A DNA stretch of 64,000 bases from an uncultured Hormoscilla sp. Lineage in GTDB: Bacteria; Cyanobacteriota; Cyanobacteriia; Cyanobacteriales; Desertifilaceae. The notes beneath the pieces were generated by a model. The model was not told where the DNA came from, did no database searches, and was given only the letters and a program-made list of their open reading frames with translations. The translations under genes and the position numbers were made by a program. Positions 58,287 to 64,000 of the stretch are shown one piece after another; positions within the stretch are counted from its first letter, which is position 1, and each line of letters opens with the position of its first letter. Location: NCBI GenBank assembly GCA_963921275.4, contig OZ001293.3:1984001-2048000 (forward strand). Direction: 5' to 3'.

Positions 58287-58736
58287 GGGTAAGGCCTGCC
58301 CACGAGGGTAATCCCGATCGTCATTGAGGATTGTCACCGTGCTTTCAAGAGCGAAGCTTGGGATTATATTTCTAAGAATATTAGCGGTAGCCCATTTGAA
58401 ATGCTGCACGAATCGATGCAAGCGGCGATCGCCTACCTGAATCGTTGGGGGAATAAACCCAACGAACAATGGTTTGAGGAATATAAAGCAGAACTCGAAC
58501 AGAAATATTGGGGACAATATTCGCGATCGCCAACAAAGCGGTTATAGAATCAGCAGATACTGCCGCGTATTTGCTCCACGTGACAGTTCCTCTCCCGTCT
58601 TATTTTTCGTCGGGTTGAAAATGCCGAAAACCCCTTAGATTCACGTGAGAGAATTCCCTAACTGCGAACTGCGAACTGCGAACTGACGTAGCTCCCCATT
58701 CCCCGCTCCCCTACTCCCAAAGTTTCCCCCTTCCCC

Positions 58737-60710
58737 TTAGATCACTCGATCGTTTCCGCCATCGATGGGTACGCCAGCAGCAGTGGTCTTGGCAAACAGC
58801 GGTCCGCACATTTCCGCTGCTAACTCGGCCACATCTCGGCTAGTTATCTCCACCTTGAGGACATTATTGGTCTTGTATTCCTCTACTGTCAGATTGTAAT
58901 GTTCAGCACGAGCCTTTAATACTTCTTCTGTCCACAGTCCCGTGTCGAATACCGCGTTCGGGTGAATAGAATTAATGCGGATATTGTCGCCGCCCCACTC
59001 CAAAGCTGCTACCCGCACTAATTGATTCAAAGCTGCCTTGGAAGCGGAATAGGCCGCCGCCCCCGGCCCCGGTGCCAAAACATTCTTAGAACCAATGACT
59101 ACCACTCGTCCCCCCTTGGGTGCTAATTTCAGTAACGGGTGACATTCGCGCATCAGCATGAGATTGGCATCTAGGTTGATTGCCATCACCCGTCGCCATT
59201 CTGCCGTTGACAGAGAGTCGATGAGACAACCGCCGGGAAATATCCCCGCATTCAGAATTAACATATCCAGACCGCCGAAAGCACGGACTGCTTGTTCTGC
59301 AGCAGCTGCGATCGCCTGTTCGTCGGTCACGTCACAGGTGATGCCGCAAAAGTCAGGGCGTTTGTGAAGTTCTGCTATGGCAGGATTAATATCTAACCCT
59401 ACCACTGCTGCGCCCCGTTGCAACAAAGCATCTACACAAGCTTTACCAATACCAGAAGCGGCCCCAGTCACCAAGGCCACTTCTCCCGCGAACATGGGTA
59501 GCGTGCCTCCCTTGCGCAGCTTCGCCTGTTCTAATTCCCAATATTCGATATCAAAGATGTCTTTACCTGGCAGGGCTTGATAACCCCCCAAGGCAGTGGC
59601 CCCCTCAATGACATCCATTGTCTGGTGGTAAATATCGGCCACGATCGCCGCCGCCTTAGCATTGCCTCCAATGGCGCACATCCCCAATTGAGAGTCGAGA
59701 ATTACTCGGGGCGCTGGATCGAGCATGGTCTTTTTTTCCTTAGCCGTAGGAGCATACTCGGCGAAGTAGGCTTTGTAGGCTTCCACATAGCCTTGCACAT
59801 CTCTTCTTACTAAGGGCAGGCGCTTGGTGCGGATGACGTGATCGGGAGTGGCCGGTCCTTGCTGGGATATTTCCTCCAAGTCCTGACGCCCCACAAAGGC
59901 CAGGGTACGACGATCGTTATGCATCGTCACGATCGCAGGAAAACCCGCAGCCTCAGAAACCTCACGACGCAAGGATGCCAGAGTCTGACGCACGGGAATA
60001 TCTTCTACCTCAACTTTTGGCTGTGGTTTATTCCAGGCTCCATACCGTGTTAAATATTCTTCAGCTAGACTTACCAGGGAGATCATCCGTTCGTAGGACT
60101 CCCGGGCCGTTGTCCCAAAGGAAAAGATGCCGTGGTTCATCAGCAGCATCCCGCGAGTCCGTTCAGTCGCCTCTGCGGCAAACCTTTCGGCGCAGAAGCG
60201 TGCCAAATCAAAACCGGGCATCACATAGGGGATAATCACCACTGTATCCCCATATATTTCCCGCACCCTTTCCCAACTGTTAGCCGTATTAGTAACGGTA
60301 ACCACCGCATCAGCATGGGTGTGATCCGCGTATTTATAGGGCAGGGTAGCATGGAGGATCGTTTCTACCGAAGGAGATGGGGCGCTAGGGCGAGTCATTT
60401 GGGTTTTCAGTTCCTTGACCATCTCCCGATCGGACAGCGAAGGTAGCTTCGCCAGCTTCAGCAAATGTCCCATCCGCACTGGCGAGAACCCTGCCTCTTC
60501 AATGGTGGCCAGATCCCAACCGCTACCTTTAACATAGAGGATCTCTTCTTCCTCTCCCACCAGATTCTTTTCCTTAATTTTTACCGAAGTGTTGCCACCG
60601 CCGTGCAGTACCAGGGATGGATCTGTACCCAACAGGCGCGAACTGTATACACGTTGGGCCAGATATCCTTTGTACCGTGCCGCTTCTGCCTCATTCCACA
60701 GACTTTTCAT
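58737..60710 (-). CDS. Bifunctional class II aldolase / short-chain dehydrogenase
   Basis: LVLHGGGNTSVK, PSVETILH, DHTHAD, TPDHVIRTK, TGAASGIG, YSASKAA; start chosen at MKSLW. Confidence 0.9.
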   Translation of the reverse strand: MKSLWNEAEAARYKGYLAQRVYSSRLLGTDPSLVLHGGGNTSVKIKEKNLVGEEEEILYVKGSGWDLATIEEAGFSPVRMGHLLKLAKLPSLSDREMVKELKTQMTRPSAPSPSVETILHATLPYKYADHTHADAVVTVTNTANSWERVREIYGDTVVIIPYVMPGFDLARFCAERFAAEATERTRGMLLMNHGIFSFGTTARESYERMISLVSLAEEYLTRYGAWNKPQPKVEVEDIPVRQTLASLRREVSEAAGFPAIVTMHNDRRTLAFVGRQDLEEISQQGPATPDHVIRTKRLPLVRRDVQGYVEAYKAYFAEYAPTAKEKKTMLDPAPRVILDSQLGMCAIGGNAKAAAIVADIYHQTMDVIEGATALGGYQALPGKDIFDIEYWELEQAKLRKGGTLPMFAGEVALVTGAASGIGKACVDALLQRGAAVVGLDINPAIAELHKRPDFCGITCDVTDEQAIAAAAEQAVRAFGGLDMLILNAGIFPGGCLIDSLSTAEWRRVMAINLDANLMLMRECHPLLKLAPKGGRVVVIGSKNVLAPGPGAAAYSASKAALNQLVRVAALEWGGDNIRINSIHPNAVFDTGLWTEEVLKARAEHYNLTVEEYKTNNVLKVEITSRDVAELAAEMCGPLFAKTTAAGVPIDGGNDRVI

Positions 60711-60979
60711 ACTATTCTTCTTTGTCAGTTGCGTAGAACTTGTCTCGCCTATTAGGAGGTTGTCAGTCAAGTAGGCGTATCACGCGCAGGTCAAAGCAAC
60801 AAGTTTCCTCGCCACACCCCTGCCGATGTCTCCCGAGAGCGCATGGCTGCGCGATATCTTTTGTGTGCCGAGTCCCCACAAGAGCACAACAAAAGATATC
60901 GAACGCTACGCGATAGGAGCACTACTCTGGAGACATCGCCGACTCCTCATCAGCTTACACCTCAGAGCCAAAGAAACTA

Positions 60980-61852
60980 GGGTGTGTCATCAATCAAATT
61001 GCTTGACAGAAGTAGATGGATACGGTATGGAGTCCTTATCCAGCAATAACAATCAAGAGGGCATGATATGAGACGCTATGGCTTGCGAGACGACCAGTGG
61101 GAACGGATCGAACACCTTTTACCTGGTAAAGAGGGTGACCCAGGCGCTACAGCCAAGAACAATAGATTATTCGTGTTCTGCCGTGTTATATCGATATCGT
61201 GCTGGCATTCCCTGGCGGGATTTACCGGAGTGTTTTGGGGATTTTCGGGTTGTTCATACCCGCCATACCCGTTGGTCTGAAAAGGGAGTTTGGAAGCAGG
61301 TATTCGATGTCTTGGCCTCAGACGCCGATAACGAATACGCCGCGATTGATGCCACCATCCTGCGTGCCCATCAACGAGCGTGCGGGTGCAAAAAAAAACA
61401 CCCTCAGATACGTGCGAAACCCAAGCCATAGGCCGTAGTAAAGGGGGACTATCGACAAAGATTCATGCCACTTGCGATTGCCCAAGGCAATCCCACAGGA
61501 TTTCATCTTACCCCTGGCCAAGCCCACGACGGGAAAGGCGCTGACGTGCTATTGGATAAAATCGGTGAGATTGGCGCGCTGCTTGCAGATAAAGCCTATG
61601 ATGCGGAACAACGTGTGCTCGAGCGCCTGAAAGAGGCGGATTGGATGGCTGTCATTCCTCCAAAAAGTAACCGCACAGAACACAGAGAATACGATGAAGA
61701 AATGTACAAGTGGCGGCATCTAATTGAAAATCTATTCCAAAAACTCAAGCAATACAGGGCTCTGGCGACACGCTACGATAAAACCGCTCGCAATTTCTTG
61801 GGTGCCATCTACCTCGCGGCAGCTGTAATATGGCTTAATTGATGACACGCCC
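60980..61852 (+). mobile_element. IS5-family element with a two-ORF transposase and an extra frameshift
   Basis: Inverted repeats GGGTGTGTCATCAAT / ATTGATGACACGCCC with TA flanks; [51 protein letters not shown]; poly-A slippery run at about 61390. Confidence 0.9.
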
Positions 61853-62233
61853 TAGTTGCTGCTAAAAGGATGTTGTATCGCGTCTATTGCCCTGGATAAA
61901 GACAAACAAAGCCCGCCTGCGCGGGCTTTGTTTCGATATCTTTTGTTGTGCTCTTGTCCCAAGGGACTCGGCACACAAAAGATATCGATGTTACATTTAA
62001 GGGATGCTTCTGTTCTACATTCCCAGGGTATTGCCGCGCTTGTACTGTAAATAGGCAGCGACAAACAGTCCAGCGAGGGTGACTGGGATTAGGCCCAGCA
62101 CTATGCCTGAAATTAGCGGTTCAACCATCTTCAGTCTCCCAATTCTTGCAGTTGTGGGCTGTCAGTTGTCAGTTGTCGGTGTCGGTTGTCAGTTGTCGGT
62201 TGTCCACTAACCACTAACCACTAACCACTGATT

Positions 62234-63478
62234 CTACTGCTTTAGCAACAAGTAGTATAGCTCCCCGGTGGAATTCATCAATCCCGCCCGATCGCCCGCT
62301 TCTGCACCGGTGCCCATAAAGATATCAACTCGTCCCGCACCTTTAATAGCGCTGCCAGTATCCTGATCCAGTACGTAGCGGCTGACGGAGCGAAACTCCA
62401 GTTCGCCCCTAGTATTAGCATAGGGGATCTGGGTGTGAATCAGGGCTAATGCCCCTGGTGGCATGAGAGATTTATCCGTAGCAATGGAACGTTCTGCTGT
62501 CACGGGGAAACCTAAACTACCGGTAGCGGGAGTGCCATCGGTTTCCTGAAAGAAGATAAAGCTGCGGTTCCGGGGTAAATAGCGATTCATGGCCTGGGGT
62601 GAAGCGCGGAAATAGGAAATCAGCGCTGGCAGATTAATATCCTCTAGGCGCATGATGCCATCTCTGTATATTTCTCCGCCGACGCTAGTATAAGGCCAAT
62701 CGGTCTTACCCGCATAGCCTACAGTCATCACGCTGCCGTCTGTCAGTTGCAACCGGGCCGAACCTTGCACGTGAACTAAAAAGGCTTCAAAGCGATCGCG
62801 CAACCAGACCAATTCTAATCCCCGCAAGGGACTTTCTTCTCCCAATAGACCATCGGCACCTTCTAACTCCCGCCTGGTAGGATGAGGACGAGACCAATTT
62901 GCAAAGTCCGGAGGCAGTCGGTAGAGGGGATAGGGATATTCGGCCGTTGGCCTGGCGCTGGCAGCATAGATAGGTTCAAAGTATCCAGTAAAGGCAACGG
63001 TGCCTTCACCATCTTCGCCTACGGATTTGTACAGGACGAATTCCCGCTGCACTGCTGCTTGTAGTTCTGTTGGGGTCTGGGATGATAGCAGCAGCACGCG
63101 AAAACGTTCCAAAGAATGCATCACCCGATCGCGCGTTATTCCTGCTACTGGATATTGGCGATAAGCTGCTGCTGAACTTGGGGTCTGTAAATATTCCAGA
63201 CTGCGGTCGATCGCCTCTAAGAGGGCCTCTTTATCAACTAGCTGACTGCCCCACCGGCATCTTCCACGTGCTCTTGTCCTGAAGGACACGGCTGGCGCCG
63301 CGCTGCCGCGAACGGCACGTTCCAGACACCGCCCCCAAATTCGCTCGTCCCAACCCAGCTTGTCACCGGTAACTGACTGGTCTGGACCGATCGGGCGCAA
63401 GGGCACGGTCATGCCGATACCGGGTATCGATAGGGCCATTGATAAAGTCAGACCAAGGCAAGCTAATGTTTTTTTCAT
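62234..63478 (-). CDS. mltA: Lytic murein transglycosylase A
   Basis: FTGYFEP, VQGSA, SFIFF, SIATD, LDQDTGSAIKGAGRVDIF. Confidence 0.93.
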   Translation of the reverse strand: MKKTLACLGLTLSMALSIPGIGMTVPLRPIGPDQSVTGDKLGWDERIWGRCLERAVRGSAAPAVSFRTRARGRCRWGSQLVDKEALLEAIDRSLEYLQTPSSAAAYRQYPVAGITRDRVMHSLERFRVLLLSSQTPTELQAAVQREFVLYKSVGEDGEGTVAFTGYFEPIYAASARPTAEYPYPLYRLPPDFANWSRPHPTRRELEGADGLLGEESPLRGLELVWLRDRFEAFLVHVQGSARLQLTDGSVMTVGYAGKTDWPYTSVGGEIYRDGIMRLEDINLPALISYFRASPQAMNRYLPRNRSFIFFQETDGTPATGSLGFPVTAERSIATDKSLMPPGALALIHTQIPYANTRGELEFRSVSRYVLDQDTGSAIKGAGRVDIFMGTGAEAGDRAGLMNSTGELYYLLLKQ

Positions 63479-63544
63479 CTCACCAGTTATTCTCAGCTAG
63501 AGTTCGACAGCCAGAGTTCGACGCCACAAGTAAACACCAGTTCC

Positions 63545-63805
63545 TTATTCCATTGGCGTGCGGTCAATACTGGAGGTGTACACTGGTTCTACCCGAATTG
63601 CTAGGATGCTGCGAAGACGCACCACCATATACTCACCCTGGGAAATTTTCATCGGTACATTAATGAAGCCACCGTCATCTGCTTTCGACACGACATCGCT
63701 AGCGTACCATTTTTGAAACTCTTTAATCATCAGGAAACGCACTGTCTCCCGGTGACCGCCCTCGATCAATAGGTGTACGGCAAATTCATCAGGGGTTCTT
63801 GGCAT
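63545..63805 (-). CDS. Conserved-type cyanobacterial hypothetical protein
   Basis: MPRTPDEFAVHLLIEGGHRE.VRF..I.EFQKWY...FINVP...GEYMVVR; GAGAG upstream. Confidence 0.65.
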   Translation of the reverse strand: MPRTPDEFAVHLLIEGGHRETVRFLMIKEFQKWYASDVVSKADDGGFINVPMKISQGEYMVVRLRSILAIRVEPVYTSSIDRTPME

Positions 63806-64000
63806 AGTCTTCTCTCAAAGCACCGACATCATTATGGGATGCTTGCAGTTGCAAATCATTCTGTGTTCCTACCGAAATGATATTCTACTCGATTAGGAAA
63901 GCAAATTGAACCGCAACAACAGTGTTTCGATCGTCTGGGGCAGCATCTGCTGTAGTTCTTGCCTATTTTTGTATAATAGGCGATTCTGACCGGGCAAGTC

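Noticed and set aside
1..64000. tRNA, rRNA or intron-encoded reverse transcriptase genes
   Set aside because: None recognised by eye; no YADD-type RT motif in any listed ORF.

Overview
Repeat-rich DNA from a filamentous cyanobacterium: HIP1 (GCGATCGC) is abundant, STRR heptamers occur, and xisHI, ycf35 and bioU are present. An Oscillatoriales-type, possibly host-associated genome is an inference only. Apparently intact housekeeping genes (bioU, DUF2997-ycf35-ferredoxin, treZ, treY, mutS2, ada-like, treS, trpE, acnB, aldolase/SDR, mltA) lie among many pseudogenes and mobile elements: IS1, IS630, IS4/IS50-like, IS982, ISAzo13, IS5, a RAYT with REPs, and at least five MITEs with clear target-site duplications (TSDs). 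Four signals stand out. (1) There are four copies of one group IIB intron family and no reverse transcriptase in the window; in the three copies that keep their 5' end, the EBS1/EBS2 sequences differ and each matches its own insertion site. One complete 869-nt copy sits between the RBS and ATG of an IS1 transposase. (2) A family of exactly 44-bp hairpin micro-elements has covarying arms and nests inside itself and inside other micro-elements. (3) A decayed module of two TerB-like genes plus a tRNA-dependent cyclodipeptide synthase. (4) PD-(D/E)XK nuclease genes (Uma2, Rpn) are locally duplicated at three loci. All alignments and translations were done by eye, so boundaries may be off by a few bases, and single-base frameshifts may be assembly errors.
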